Below are positions 39,677 through 52,965 of a stretch of 64,000 nt of DNA, piece by piece. This stretch comes from Octopus sinensis. Taxonomy: Eukaryota. Below the pieces are notes generated by a model that was not told the DNA's origin, ran no database searches, and saw only the letters and a list, made by a program, of their open reading frames with translations. A program made the translations under genes and the position numbers. The stretch covers positions 33,170,001-33,234,000 of the forward strand of contig NC_043017.1 in the NCBI RefSeq assembly GCF_006345805.1, read 5' to 3'. Numbering within the stretch: position 1 is the stretch's first letter; each line of letters begins with the position of its first letter.

Positions 39677-40289
39677 TAGTGTTGATCTATCGCCTATTGA
39701 GCTTCACCATCAGCTCGTCGATGGTAAACATTAAACTCACGAGAAAGTATTTTAATTAAAGAAATCGAAAAATGGAAACGGAGAGGACGGGAGAGACAGC
39801 GTTAAAAAGAGCAGGTTCCAGTGATTGCATTTTAGAACTCACCACAGCTGCGTTTCCAGGAATGGCTCCTCAAAATTACCTTATCCCTACTTACAGATGT
39901 TAATGATGAAGGTTTTCAATTCGTAGTAACACAATATCCTCTTATAACGGTGGGAAGTAAACTGGCAATGGGAAGAGATGAGAGAGCGTAGTGGAAAGCA
40001 AAACAGTAAAAGAACACAAATAAAATGAATTCAGCACAAATCGCAAGCGAAACGCACACAGAATAGCTTCCCCACTGGATGGTTCGTGATTCACGTGTGT
40101 GGAGAGCGACACGAAATCCGTAACATAAATAATGGAATGATGAAAATGATGTGCTGGTTAAGAAAGGAACGCGTCAATATTCTAAGATCACAAGGAGGTG
40201 AGCTGGCAGAATATATTTTAGATTAAAAAAGATCTTTGTTTTACATTATTTACATTTGACGGATATTTGTCCTCATCTTGTTTGTTGTT

Positions 40290-40335
40290 AACACAACGTT
40301 TCGGCTGATATACCCTCCAGCCTTCATCAGGTGTC
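40290..40335 (-). ncRNA. Minimal type-I hammerhead ribozyme motif, canonical core
   Basis: Minus strand reads gacac-CTGATGA-a-ggctg gagggtatat cagcc-GAAA-cg-TT-gtgtt; stems I and II intact, palindromic stem III AACGTT. Confidence 0.82.
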
Positions 40336-40387
40336 TAAGGTATTTTTCGATGTTATTCTTCTTCTTCTTATTATTATTATTATTCAC

Positions 40388-40459
40388 GTCACTGCTTGGA
40401 ATCGAACTCGGAATCTTGGGGTTAGTTGCCCGCGCTCTTAACCACTACACCATATGCCC
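40388..40459 (-). promoter_or_regulatory. tRNA-like head with Pol III A and B boxes
   Basis: gggcatatggtgtagtggttaagagcgcggg...ccccaagattccgagttcgattcc; acceptor stem not intact, so not called a tRNA. Confidence 0.78.
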
Positions 40460-41220
40460 GTGGGCAATTATGGAGTGAATTTTAGGGCTTATAGGAAGGA
40501 TAGGAAAATATTAGATTTATAAGCCCTAAAATTCACTGCATGAAAAAACCGCATTATTTATGGGATGACCCAATATATATATATATTTATGGGATGACCC
40601 AATATATATAGAGAGAGATAGACAGACAGACAATCAAACAAACAAACAGGCAGAGAGGGGATGAGGTCTTTGAGTTTGTATTTGGTCTACCCCACGGCAT
40701 CAATGAGAGTCGGTGTTGGTTTGTTTATGTCCCCGGAACTTAACAGTTTGCCAAAGGAGAGCTATGGCACAAGTCTGGGCTCATTTTTTTCCAGTATATC
40801 CTTCAAGGTTGCGCCCCAACATGGCCACAGCCAATGTGTGAGGCAAGTAAAAGATAAAAGATTTTTTTTAAATCTGTTTTTGTAGAAATTATTTCCAACA
40901 AAAAATTTACCTGTTTTTGTATTTTTTAATTTTTATTTCTCCGTTCTGACTTTTACTAGAAATCTGATCGATTAAACATTTATTTAAAAATACCAAAAAC
41001 TTTTCGTAATTTATTTGCAATCTACAATGTTGAATTTATGGATTTCCTCTAAAGAACCAGTTTAATTTCTGTTCAACAATCAAATTCTCTTCAAATGTTT
41101 GTATTTTAGAATTATAAGATATGATTTATATTTATTTATGTGTTCAATAATGGTTACGACACTAGTGTGGCTTCGAATTCATATTTGAATTCATTTTAAC
41201 GTTCAAATCGTCGGGGGTAT

Positions 41221-41612
41221 TCTTTACTCTTTTTACTCTTTTTACTTGTTTCAGTCATTTGACTGCGGCCATGCTGGGGCACCGCCTTTTTTAGTCGAGC
41301 AAATCGATCCCGGGACTTATTCTTTGTAAGCCCAGTACTTATTCTATCGGTCTCTTTTGCCGAACCGCTAAGTGACGGGGACGTAAACACACCACCATAT
41401 ACAGACAAACATAGACACACACATATATATACATATATATACATATATACGACAGGCTTCTTTCAGTTTCCGTCTACCAAATCCACTCACAAGGCACTGG
41501 TCGGCCCGGGGCTATAGCAGAAAACACTTGCCCAAGATGCCACGCAGTGGGACTGAACCCGGAGCCATGTGGTTGGTTAGCAAGCTACTTACCACACAGC
41601 CACTCCTGCGCC
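41221..41612 (-). mobile_element. SINE family A with internal deletion
   Basis: Reverse copy lacking the gcatcggttgtcaagcaatgctaggg segment. Confidence 0.9.
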
Positions 41613-41948
41613 TGGTATACTAGCAAATGGTTTGTTATGTAATTTGTATATAGTGAGGGAGTGGCGACTCAGTTCACCTTCGATACGGTTCAGATATGTG
41701 ATGCTGATATGCCACAAAAATGGCGAAACATCTATGTCCATCACTGCTGAATGGGATTTGGGGTGAATTGTCTCGCTTGTCTATGGCTTCTAGGTGTTTT
41801 AACACCCGACGGTTTGAGGGAGTCATCTCCAACGCGCTACTTCGCAGCCTACCGATGAACAAGCAAATTATGCATTGAGCACATGTGTTCGATAACAGTT
41901 ACAGCGCTAGCGCTGTTTCTAATTCAGATTGAATTTATTTATTTAGAA

Positions 41949-42345
41949 CTAGCAGTATCGCCCGGCGTTGCTCGGGTTTGTAAGGGAAATAACTATATAA
42001 GCATTTTTAGAGATGTAAAGTATAATAGCCATCTCAATATGGCTAACCACAAAGGGGATGTTACTGTAGCTTTTTACGTTCTGAGATTTAATAATACATT
42101 TTTAGAGAGTTACTTCCCGTATATAATAGTAAAAAAATGCATTAAAAATGGGAAAAAATGATGGTAAATTGTTTTTTAAATCGTAGACTCATCGTAGACG
42201 CGCGCTAATACCCAGAAGGGCTCGATATGAATCACGACTATAAGATACCCGGTTTTGGTTAAACTGCACCGCAAAATGTGGGAGTAGTTAGGAATCTAAA
42301 TCGTAGGAGACAGACAGCACACAACCTCACTTTTATATATAAAGA
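41949..42345 (-). mobile_element. Complete non-autonomous Helitron
   Basis: Minus strand A|TC...hairpin cccgagcaacgccggg...CTAG|T; AT target, no TSD. Confidence 0.88.
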
Positions 42346-42678
42346 TTATAAGTTATACAACAAAATAAAACGTTAGAAATTAAGACAAACGGGTTTGTTG
42401 ACATAACGAAGTGACTAAAAGCTTGCTTCCTACTCGTGTGGTTCTGAATTTAACCTCTCCGCACGGTACCTTTTATTGCAACCTTAGATTTAGTAATCTA
42501 CGTTTAGTAGAGTCTCTGAACATGTGATGGAATCTCTGCAGAAATAAACGATACATAGCACAGTGAATGGCGTCGATTTGCTTACATTTCTGTTAAATTT
42601 ACTGAATAATTCAATAGAGATTGACTACTAATGAACAGTGTACAGGAAGTACTGAGCTTAGTAGAACTAAACAGAAAC

Positions 42679-43358
42679 CTATTTCTTTACTACCCACAAG
42701 AGGCCAAACACAGAAGGGAAAACAAGGACAGACAAACGGATTAAGTCGATTATATCGACCCCAGTGCGTAACTGGTACTTAATTTATCGACCCCGAAAGG
42801 ATGAAAGGCAAAGTCGACCTCGGCGGAATTTGAACTCAGAACGTAACGGCAGATGAAATACGGCTACGCACTTCACCCGGCGAGCTAACGTTTCTGCCAG
42901 CTCGCCGCCTTATAAGCAGAAACCGTTGTATGCATTGCTGAAGCATGATCGTAGCTCAATAACTAAAAATCTATTAAAAGAAAGAGTATACAACCGCCAA
43001 TATCTTTTATATTTTACTTGTTTCACTCATTAGACTGCCTTCAAGGGTTTAATCGAACAAATTGACCCTAGTAATTATGTTTTGAGCGTGGTACTTCTTC
43101 TAGTACTTCTTCGAGCTGGTTTAAGGCGGCGAGCTGGCAGAAACGTTAGCACGCCGGGCGAAATGCTTAGCAGTATTTCGTCTGCCGCTACGTTCTGAGT
43201 TCAAATTCCGCCGAGGTCGACTTTACCTTTCATCCTCTCGGGGGTCGATTAAATAAGTACCAGTTACGCACTGAGGTCGATATAATCGACTTAATCCGTT
43301 TGTCTCTCCTTGTTTGTCCTCTCTATGTTTAGCTCCTTGCTGGTAGTAAAGAAATAGG
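42679..43358. mobile_element. Two family B SINEs head to head (42679-42912 minus; 43123-43358 plus)
   Basis: Both full length; the second is nested in an old family A copy. Confidence 0.88.
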
Positions 43359-43949
43359 TACTTCTTCTATTGGTCTCTTTTGCCGAACCGCTAAATAGCG
43401 AGGATGTAAATAAGCCTACACCGGTTGTCCAGCGATGTAGAAGAGTCAGACAAAAACAATGACGCACATATACGTATGCGTGTGTGTGTTTCGGACTTAC
43501 GCAGTCTCCATTAATTTAATTCACTCACTAGGTATTGGTCGGCCCGGGGCTATAGTAGAAGGCACTTGCCGAAGGTGTCGTGCAGTGGGAACGAACCTGA
43601 TACTACTTGGTTGCAAATCGAACTTTTAACCACCCAGCCATGCCTGTGCCTATTTAATATATTTAATATATCTAAAAGAACAAAGAAACGGCTTCGAGGT
43701 ATCACACGATCACAAGAGATAAATATAAATATGAATTCCTTGTGTTTCATGTTTGAGGAAACCAGAATGTCTATTTGTATCTCATCGAATTTTTGTCTGC
43801 GATTCTTTAGGCTTCCCACCATCGTTTGACTGCTTTATTCGCTCCCACTTACCACTTGCATCTCCTCTCATGATGCTTAAGCAAGATTAGCAGTATCGCA
43901 GCACTGACCATACCATTTTTCTTCAGGCGATCTATCTAAGGTTATATTA

Positions 43950-44745
43950 AAGCGGCGAGCTGGCAGAAACGTTAGCGCGTCGGGCGAAATGGTTAGCCGT
44001 ATTTCGTCTGCCGTTACGTTCTGAGTTTACATCCACCGAGGTTGACTTTGCCCTTCATCCTTTCGGGGTCGATAAATTAAGTACCAGTTACGTACTGGGT
44101 CGATATAATCGACTTAATCCGTTTGTCTCTCATTGTTTGCCCCCTCTGTGTTTAGCCCCTTGTGGGTAGTAAAGAAATAGGTATTTTGTCTGCCTTTACG
44201 TTCTGAGTTCAAATTCCGCCGAGGTCGACTTTGCCTTTCATCTTTTCGGGGTCGATTAAATAAGTACCAGTTACGCACCGGAATCGACATAATCGACTTA
44301 ATCCATTTATCTATCCATGTTTGTCCCCTCTGTGTTTAGCCCCTTGTGGGTAGTAAAGAAATAGGTATTTCGTCTGCCGCTACGTTCTGAGTTCAAATTC
44401 CGCCGAGGTCGACTTTGCCGTTCATCCTTTCGGGGTCGATTAAATAAGTACCAGTTACGCACTGGAGTCGATTTTATCGACTTAATCCATTTATCTGTCC
44501 TTGTTTATCCCCTCTGTGTGTAACCCTTTGTGGGCAGTAAAGAAATAAGAGTCGTTCGCACACCGGGCAAAATGCTTAGTGATATTTCATCCGTCCGCAC
44601 CTTCTGAGTTCAAATTGCTGAAATCGACTTAGCCTTTCATCCCTTTTGCTGTCGATCGAATAGGTACCAGTTGAGTATTGAGGTCGATGTAATCGCCTCA
44701 CCTCTCCTCCGAAATTACTAGCCATGTGCCAAAATTTGAAGCCAA
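43950..44745 (+). mobile_element. SINE family B tandem tetramer
   Basis: One head followed by four bodies joined at aaagaaatag|gtattt. Confidence 0.9.
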
Positions 44746-45771
44746 TATATCTAAGGATATATTCTCAAGACTACTTTTTTTTTATCGTAAGCTGTGTTGT
44801 CATTTGAGAATAAATCGACTGCTATATCTATCGGATAGTTTAGCTCTATAGAGGTTCACACTTTTGCTGATTGTTTTCTGGTTGTGATGTTGTTTAGCTT
44901 CAAGTCATATCTGATTGGCTGGCTTATGATCAAAAACATTTATGACTCATCCTTCTGGAGAGCGAATGGTAAATAAAAATAAAGTACTTATCAACTATTA
45001 TAGGTTATTCTTATTCCAAAATCTTTCTTGTGTTTATACTAGAAATCAATATTTGTTGAGGAGGCAATGACAATGTTTTGCTGATTGTTATAAAGAGACG
45101 ATAATCAAAAGGCAATAACTCTTTCTAATCTTGGTACAAGCCAGCAATTTTAGGGGAAGAGAGTGGTTCGATTACATCAGCCACACTGCTTAACTGGTAT
45201 TTATCTTATCGACCCCGAAAGGACGAAAAGTGAATTTGACCTTGGTGGGATTTTAACCCCTGAATATAAAGAGCAGGGGAAAAAATGTTACTGAGGAGAG
45301 GTAAGGCGATTACATCGACCTCAATACTCAACTGGTACCTATTCTATGGACAGCGAAAAGGATGAAAGGCAAAGTCGATTTCAGCAATTTGAACTCAGAA
45401 GGTGCGGACGGATGACATATCACTAAGCATTTTGCTCGGTGTGCTAACGATTCTGCCACCTCAAAGCCTTAATATAGCCTTAGATAGAAAGCCTGAAGAA
45501 ACTAACGATTTTGCCAGCGCACCGCCTTTAAATCCTTCTAATTTTGGAATAAAAGCAGCGGTTTTGAGGAGGGCAGGTCGATGCTTTATTTATTTATCCG
45601 GTGCTTTATTTAATCAACCCGGAAAGGATCAAAGGCAAAGCTGACTTCAGGGGGATTTGAAATCAGTACTTAAAGAACCAGAAGAAATGCCGCTAAGAAA
45701 TCTATCCAACGCACTAAGGATTCTGTCAGGTCGTCACCTCTAAGCAAAATACAATAATAAAAAATCTTTTT

Positions 45772-46182
45772 GGATGCAGGAGTGGCCGTGTGGTAAGTAG
45801 CTTGCTAACCAACCACATGGTTCCGGGTTTAGTCCCAGTGCGTGGCATCTTGGGCAAATGTTTTCTGCTGTAGCCGCGGGCCGACCAATGCCTTGTAAGT
45901 GGATTTGGTAGACGGAAACTGAAAGAAGCCTGTCGTATATATGTATATATATGTATATGTATGTGTGTGTTTGTGTGTCTGTGTTTGTCCCCCTAGCATT
46001 GCTTGACAACTGATGGTGGTGTGCTTATGTCCCCGTCACTCAGCGGCTCGGCAAAAGAGAACCGATAGAATAAATACTGGGCTTACAAAGAATAAGTCCC
46101 GGGGTCAATTTGCTCGAATAAAGGCGGTGCTCCAGCATGGCCGCAGTCAAATGACTGAAACAAGTAAAAGAGAATAAAGAGA
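45772..46182 (+). mobile_element. SINE family A
   Basis: Full-length copy. Confidence 0.9.
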
Positions 46183-46794
46183 GATGCAGTAGTAGCTTAA
46201 TAAAGATGATAATCGTTCAAATATTGTAGATTAAGCTGAGGAAGTAATGGCTGTACGGTTTAGAACCATTAATTCCACGGAGGGCGTTGAAATAAGAGGC
46301 ATTGGCTCTTTTCAATGTACTTTAAACAAATCATGGTAGTATGTTTGTGACTATTTCAGACAATGAAAAGAACGTGTAGGCGTTTTTCAGCAGCTGAGGT
46401 AAAGACAATGTTAACATTTCCATACGAATGAGTCGATGTTAGTGTTGACAATGCAAAGTAAATATTAATCAAATGCCAGATAATTGCACAGCAGAAACAC
46501 AATTCAAGAGCAACCGCTAAACTTAGCATTTTGAATCGATTAAAGCACCATTAGAGGAATTTGTATAACGGAATAACAGGAAACAAAGACTTCATTGTCA
46601 TAGACTCCGTAAGGTCTAATGCTTGGGCCTCATTCCTTTTATGTTTGAACGAGGCTCTTGCTGTTGTTTAATCTTTAAGGCAAATTTCGATTTCATTTCT
46701 CTTCTCTCACTTACCCTGTTCAACCCAGTTGTATTACTCTGGTCATGTAAAATTCAGATGCAATAAAACGTAGCGAGTAAGAAAGCCTAAGGTT

Positions 46795-47128
46795 AAGGCG
46801 GCGAGCTGGCAGAAACGTTAGAACGAGGGGCGAAATGCTTAGCGGTATTTTGTCTGCCGCTACGTTCTGAGTTCAAATTCCGCCGAGGTCGACTTTGCCT
46901 TTCATCCTTTCGGGATCGATTAACTAGTACCAGTTACGCACTGGGTCGATATAATCGACTTAATACCTATGTCTGTCTTTGTTTGTCCCCACTGTGTTTA
47001 GCCCCTTGTGGGTAATAAAGAAATAGGTATTTTGTCTGCCTTTACGTTCTGAGTTCAAATTCCGCCGAGGTCGACTTTGCCTTTCATCCTTTCGGGATCG
47101 ATTAAATAAGTACCAGTTACGCACTGGT
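46795..47128 (+). mobile_element. SINE family B, 1.5-mer
   Basis: Head, body and partial second body. Confidence 0.88.
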
Positions 47129-48527
47129 ACAAATTGGTATAAAAATGACCACCACCAAAAGTGAACAATATCAACGTTAAAAGCAAGAATTTGTAAGGAC
47201 CTTTTGACTGATGAGAAATTAGCTACGAATTTTCAGTTTGTTAAAATTTTGTTAAACTTTTGAAATACAATTATATAACTTATATACATACAAATTATGG
47301 TTGGCACTGGAAGGACAAGGCTAATGCTGAAAATTTTCCACTACACATTTCTATTAGAACTCGAACTGTTTTTGCCTTAGCAGAAAAAAGGGAGATAGAT
47401 TGATTTTATTTAGAATTGTTTCGATGCATGTTTACAACTGTGAGTGATTCTGGTTTTTCTCATATTCTTCCTTCGTTCTCTCTTTCTCTCTTTCTGATTT
47501 AAATGAAATCAGTTACATGGATGATATAACGATTGGTTATTTACTGCTACATGGATGACATAACGATTGGTTATTTACTGCTCGATCACACTACGATAAA
47601 GATGTACAATCCATGGCAATAGATCAGTTCACTGATACGGAACTACAATGGAAATATTTTATATTAAACGTATATACAATATATCATTCTGGGTCTTATA
47701 TCTATATTGGAAATTTTGAGAGAAATAAAAAAAAAGAAACTAAAGAGACGAAATATTTCATCAGGCTATTCTCCCATAAACGGAAAAGGAATGAACTAAA
47801 TAGGTTTACTGATTATATTGTGAAATACAAATGTACCAACAGCTAAAGCGGGAGCATGTTATTGTCATGATATCGGTTGAATCATGGTAGATTTACAAAC
47901 GCTGGTCCACAAACAGCTCTTCAATATTATAAGTCTTTGAACGACGCTAGAAAAGCAAGAGTAAAGACGGAATATCTTCATAGTACCCTTCAATTCTTTC
48001 TTTGGGTTATTTTATAAAAGGAATATTCTAGCGACGTCATTTTGATTGTCAGCATAAATTCTAGACCACAATGTTTGCGTTTGACAGTTGGTCTAAGAAG
48101 GTGTTCTAAGGTATACACTTTTGAAGTAAGAGCCACATTCTAAATAATATCTATTTATTTACCAAATCCACCCAACTTCCAACGTAATTTCCATTGTATT
48201 ACTATTTAATCCAAGACCAAATAAATAAATAAATAAACAGATAACTTTGGTTTGTCATACCATTTTCTTTTCTTTTCCTTTTTGTTGTTGCTTGTTCTTC
48301 ATATCATCAAGCAACAGCATTTTACGCAGATCTATGGAAAAATAGATTTATAGAAAAGCTGCATGTGTGTGAGCGTGCATGCACATCTACACACACACAC
48401 ACACACATACCAACATTGATGATTGCTTCAATGCGGGACGGAAATCCTTGAAATACTTGAACTAAGTGATCTTTATCGATCCTGGACATTGGCGGCGTGC
48501 AGTAAAGCTATGGCATGGTGAATATGT

Positions 48528-49700
48528 GTTTTAGATCCCAAATTAATTTATTGAGACCTGTACTGTTACGTTTATTCCTACCCCTAAATGTCAAGTAATG
48601 ATTAGAAATTAGTTTAGATAACTGTAAAGACGTGCTTCCAATGAAAAATTGTACTTGATTATGAGTGATAATTTTACACTGGTATGTAGAATTTTTAATT
48701 TTAGAGTTACTTGACATAAACTTGATTCTGTTGGAATTGACTTCAGATACAATAACCTTGTTATTAATATTTCTAGAGGGATGGATGGTATTAGCTGAAT
48801 TAATATTAGTATTAGTAAATGTATTAATATTTAACAGGTTGTTATTATGTGAAGAGATAATTTGTAAGAGATGTTTTGTGCTGGAAAAACCAATCCTAGC
48901 CATATGTGAGTTGATAATAGAGTAATACCTAGAATTCTTTGGAAAATTCTTAATAATAACTTCACGAAACTGCAATGGGAGATTAGATTTAATTGGAAGC
49001 AGTTATCTAAAAGAATTTCTAACCATTACTCGAGATTTAGGGATAGGACTAAACGTAACAGTACAGGTCTCAGTAAATTAATTTGGGATCTAAAAGACTA
49101 CAATAGACAGTTTTATTTAGAATGGTTGATTCTCTCAATCTCAATACCTTATGATAAAGGCAAGGGATTCTGTTTTCTCTGTAATTCTGAACTATTTTTC
49201 ATTATGTTTTTCTAAAAATCCCCTAGTAAACACGGTTATAGAGCGTGCATACCGATGTAAACATTGGCAAAAACACACCTTTAGTTCATATAAGTAATCT
49301 CTATCATTATATATAATTTAAACATTAATTTTCTTTTTATATTTAACATTCACAAGAAATATATATTTTCCTAGTATATAAGGTTTTATTTAATATATAT
49401 ATCATTATATACTTCTCATTAATTTAACTTTTCTTTAATTTATCCCTCCTCTTTCTATGGGATACCTCCGACGTTATATCATACAACGCTTTTTCAGACA
49501 ATATTAATAGCGTTCAGTTAATTACTATACATATCTATCATTTATGTATAGTTAAAATGTCTTATTGACGAATTTCATTCCCTGAAGAATAGATTACATT
49601 GTTTGACACCATTTTATTCCTTTGGAATAATATTAGTGATATCTTCGAAACATGTGTCGGAAGTAAAAGTATTTGAATTACACCTGCGTTAAACTCCATT
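48528..49700. mobile_element. Penelope-like element (probably Naiad-type) 3' region with inverted 5' segment
   Basis: Minus ORF 48508-48975: KNFP...IISSHN...YQCKI...FIGSTS...SNHY..FR...NSTGL.K.IWDLK (GIY-YIG). Plus 49000-49297: ...IWDLK...W.IL...PY...CFLC..E...N...E...CKH with one frameshift. Confidence 0.85.
49578..49662 (+). ncRNA. Hammerhead-like motif in the 3' region of the PLE
   Basis: ttcc-CTGAAGA-(long imperfect stem II containing ttattcc ttt ggaataa)-GAAA-catgtg-TC-ggaa; GUC cleavage triplet. Confidence 0.65.
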
Positions 49701-51809
49701 TATTTATATATATATGATACAAAAAAGTTCAAGTAAACCTGAAGTTTCTACCTTTAAAAACAAGGAGTAACAACCTACTTATTTGTGTGATTTTTTGCTA
49801 CTCTAGTAATTATTCATCTATTTTTCCCGTGTTAATTTTTAACAAGGAAAAAATACACACATTTATTTATATTTATATGTATGCATGTATGTTTTCGACG
49901 ACCATCTTTTAGTTTCCATCTACCGAATCCATTCAAAATGCTTTGCGAGGCCGTAGTAGAAGGCACTTTTCCAAGTTACTGTGCAGTGAGACCGAACTCG
50001 GGACCGTATGTCTGGGTCGGTAACTACTTACTTTAACCATGTTCTTAGGCCATGGCCTTAATGCTTCAGATTTGGGATGTTGCGAATATCATATTCTACT
50101 GACTCATGCCTGGTACGGAACGACTCTGGATCTTAAGGAGCGCGTCAAATGATTTAAAATTTATCACCAAAGACGGCCAAGCAATACATGTGCCAAGAAT
50201 ATACCCACGATGAGCACAATGGAATTCACTTTATAGTTGTCACACGGCCGGATTTCCTTTCTTTTTAGATGCAGACGATGTTTGCAGAATGTTCATGGAA
50301 CTTCTCTTTGTTCCACAAGAACTAAAGATCTTCATTCATTGTTGCAAGACTAAAAATACCAGCTGTTTTATACATTTTAGCAGGATTGGCGCATAGACTA
50401 GACGATTTGGCCACAAGACTATCTATAAGACAACCATTACGGCTTCTAGAAGTATGGCTGAGTGCAAGTGACTTACTTCTACCTACGGTTGAAGAGTAAT
50501 AGCATTTGTATCGAATGAACATGTTTGTTTGAGCACTTAGCCATATATGAGGAGAGAAATAAGAAACCCGAAAAGAGCTCCAATAATTAATATAAAAATT
50601 CAGAAACATCCAACGCCATTGCAGCAAAAGAGACAAGAAAAGGACAGTCATTTAAATGAAAGAGCAAGAAAACAAACATATTTTGTTTTCATTTTTTTTT
50701 CCTATTCTATATGTTTCTTTGTTCTTTTTCAATTCAATATATTTGATTTATTCCATTATTTTTTTATTCGAAGGAAATTAAGTCCAAACTCTCTGTGCTT
50801 CAAATATCAGAATATAGATTATTTGACTTCAAAATAGATTATTATTTATTTGCTGACATTTCAAAAATAAACTTTACGTTTTTATTTATTTATTTTTTTT
50901 TCTTTCATATTTATTTGACGAAAATAAGATTTTGACAAGCTGTGCCGATGATTCAATTTAATTTCCTGGTTGTAACTATTTTATTTTACGTAACACATAG
51001 ACATCACATGTCAAAACAATAAAAGAACCTCAATATGGTTACTCGACATGCAAGAAATAGCAGCCGAATTTCCTTCAGATCATACCTTGCAATTTTGCAC
51101 AAAGAAAACTAGATGAAGCAATAAAGACTTTTTAGAAAGGAATGGTCTCAAATAGAGCGCTCGTGATTATTGCTCAGTTTTATCAGTTGCCATGGGTATA
51201 AGGAACGGAGAAATCCTCAAACATTGCATATTCATTTTCACAATCTGCAGACATAACTAACCATTAATATATAGCAGTTATCAGGTAAAAAAATATTAAT
51301 GATAGTAAATTCAAAATATTAGATAATGGCACATCTACAGCCCGTGTTAATGAGAAGATTGTGTAATAACCAAATAGTTGACCCTACCAAAATACATTCT
51401 GAGATATTGTTCTCGGTAGGAGCCTTGGATTTTCCAGTAACTTGTAAGTAGGATTCGAAACTGTGGTGAAGTAAATATGTTGTCAAGGGAAAATCATTGA
51501 GGAGGTCACAAATGGCAACGAAAAGAATCTGACAAACCTACCTGAGTAAGCGAGTGACTGAACGATTAACGAAGTAATTGATTTGTAAATTGGTTAAATG
51601 ATTAACTGGGTGGTTAATAACAAAAGCAGCGAAATAAAACAAGTACGAGTGTATAATGAACTTCCTGAGATACAACAAAATCTTTTTCAGCACACATGTG
51701 CACATCAAGAATCTGACAAACCAAATACAAAAATGAAATATATATATAATATGAGGGAATATTATTCCAAACTTAAAATCAAATTTCACAAAATATAATA
51801 TATATATAT

Positions 51810-51893
<84 letters not shown>

Positions 51894-51895
<2 letters not shown>

Positions 51896-52124
51896 ACCTT
51901 TTATCAATTCAATAATGAAAAATTAAATTATACCATTTAGAAAAATTACATATTATAGAAAGGTGATTAAGTAATGTGCAAAAAGTAAATGAAACGTATA
52001 TATTTGGTAATATATATACGTTTAATTTACTATTTTGCTCATACTTAATCACCTTTCTATAATATGTAATTTTTCTAAATGATGGTATAATTTAATTTTT
52101 CATTATTGAATTGATATAAGATGG
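51894..52124. repeat. AT-rich palindrome (about 110-bp arms) between (TA)n tracts
   Basis: tatcaattcaataatgaaaaattaaattatacca...aaacgtatata pairs with tatatacgttt...tggtataatttaatttttcattattgaattgata. Confidence 0.9.
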
Positions 52125-52401
52125 ATTTTTTCTAATTTATATATATATAAAACATTTTATAAAACTATGCATCATTAGAGAACTTTGGAAGTCTGCTTAC
52201 AATCTAAATTTGCTTTTTATAGAACTCTCTTCGATACTTCATGAGTGTAGCCTCAACCCCTAGGATGTTTGGAGAACTCATATGTGTTTTGGCTGATGAG
52301 TACGGGACATTTATTTTTGCTGCAATATTTGCAGCTTTTAATAAAGCTGTTCTTCGTATAAAACAATTGTACTGAAAAACTAATCCATTCTTGTTGATTT
52401 T

Positions 52402-52801
52402 TTCTTTACTCCTTTACTCCTTTACTTGTTTCAGTCATTTGACTGCGGCCATGCTGGAGCACCGCCTTTAATCGAGCAACTCGACACCGGGACTTATTCT
52501 TTGTAAGCCCAGTACTTATTCTATCGGTCTCTTTTTGCCGAACCGCTAAGTGACGGGGACATAAACGCACCAGCATCGGTTGTCAAGCAATGCTAGGGGG
52601 GCAAACACAAACATACACGCACATACATATATACATATATACGACGGGCTTCTTTTCAGTTTCCGTCTACCAAATCCACTCACAAGGCTTTGGTCGGCCC
52701 GAGGCTATAGTAGAAGACACTTGCCCAAGGTGTCACGCAGTGGGACTGAACCCGGAACCATGTGGTTGGTAAGCAAGCTACTTACCACACAGCCACTCCT
52801 G
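52402..52801 (-). mobile_element. SINE family A
   Basis: Full-length reverse copy. Confidence 0.9.
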
Positions 52802-52923
52802 AATCACTCCACATTATTTTATGGTTAATACCATATAGATTTCTGGTGCATCTAAGTTAAGTACCGCATTCATGTGAATTCATTAGAACTCACTTGAATC
52901 TTAATTGCTTTTACTGTATGTAT

Positions 52924-52965
<42 letters not shown>

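Noticed and set aside
39897-39990. Acceptor followed by DVNDEGFQF, cadherin-like
   Set aside because: Lacks the DxNDNxP proline and other repeat motifs; stop after about 30 codons
40388-40459. tRNA gene
   Set aside because: Acceptor stem cannot form and no terminator; treated as a tRNA-derived head
43950-44745. CRISPR-like array
   Set aside because: Units are whole SINE bodies without unique spacers; eukaryotic context
47514-47581. 34-bp tandem duplication containing two ATTGG (CCAAT) boxes
   Set aside because: Simple local duplication with no other promoter evidence
50268-50500. Acceptor-like site and short protein-like frames
   Set aside because: All frames closed within about 40 codons; no recognisable homology
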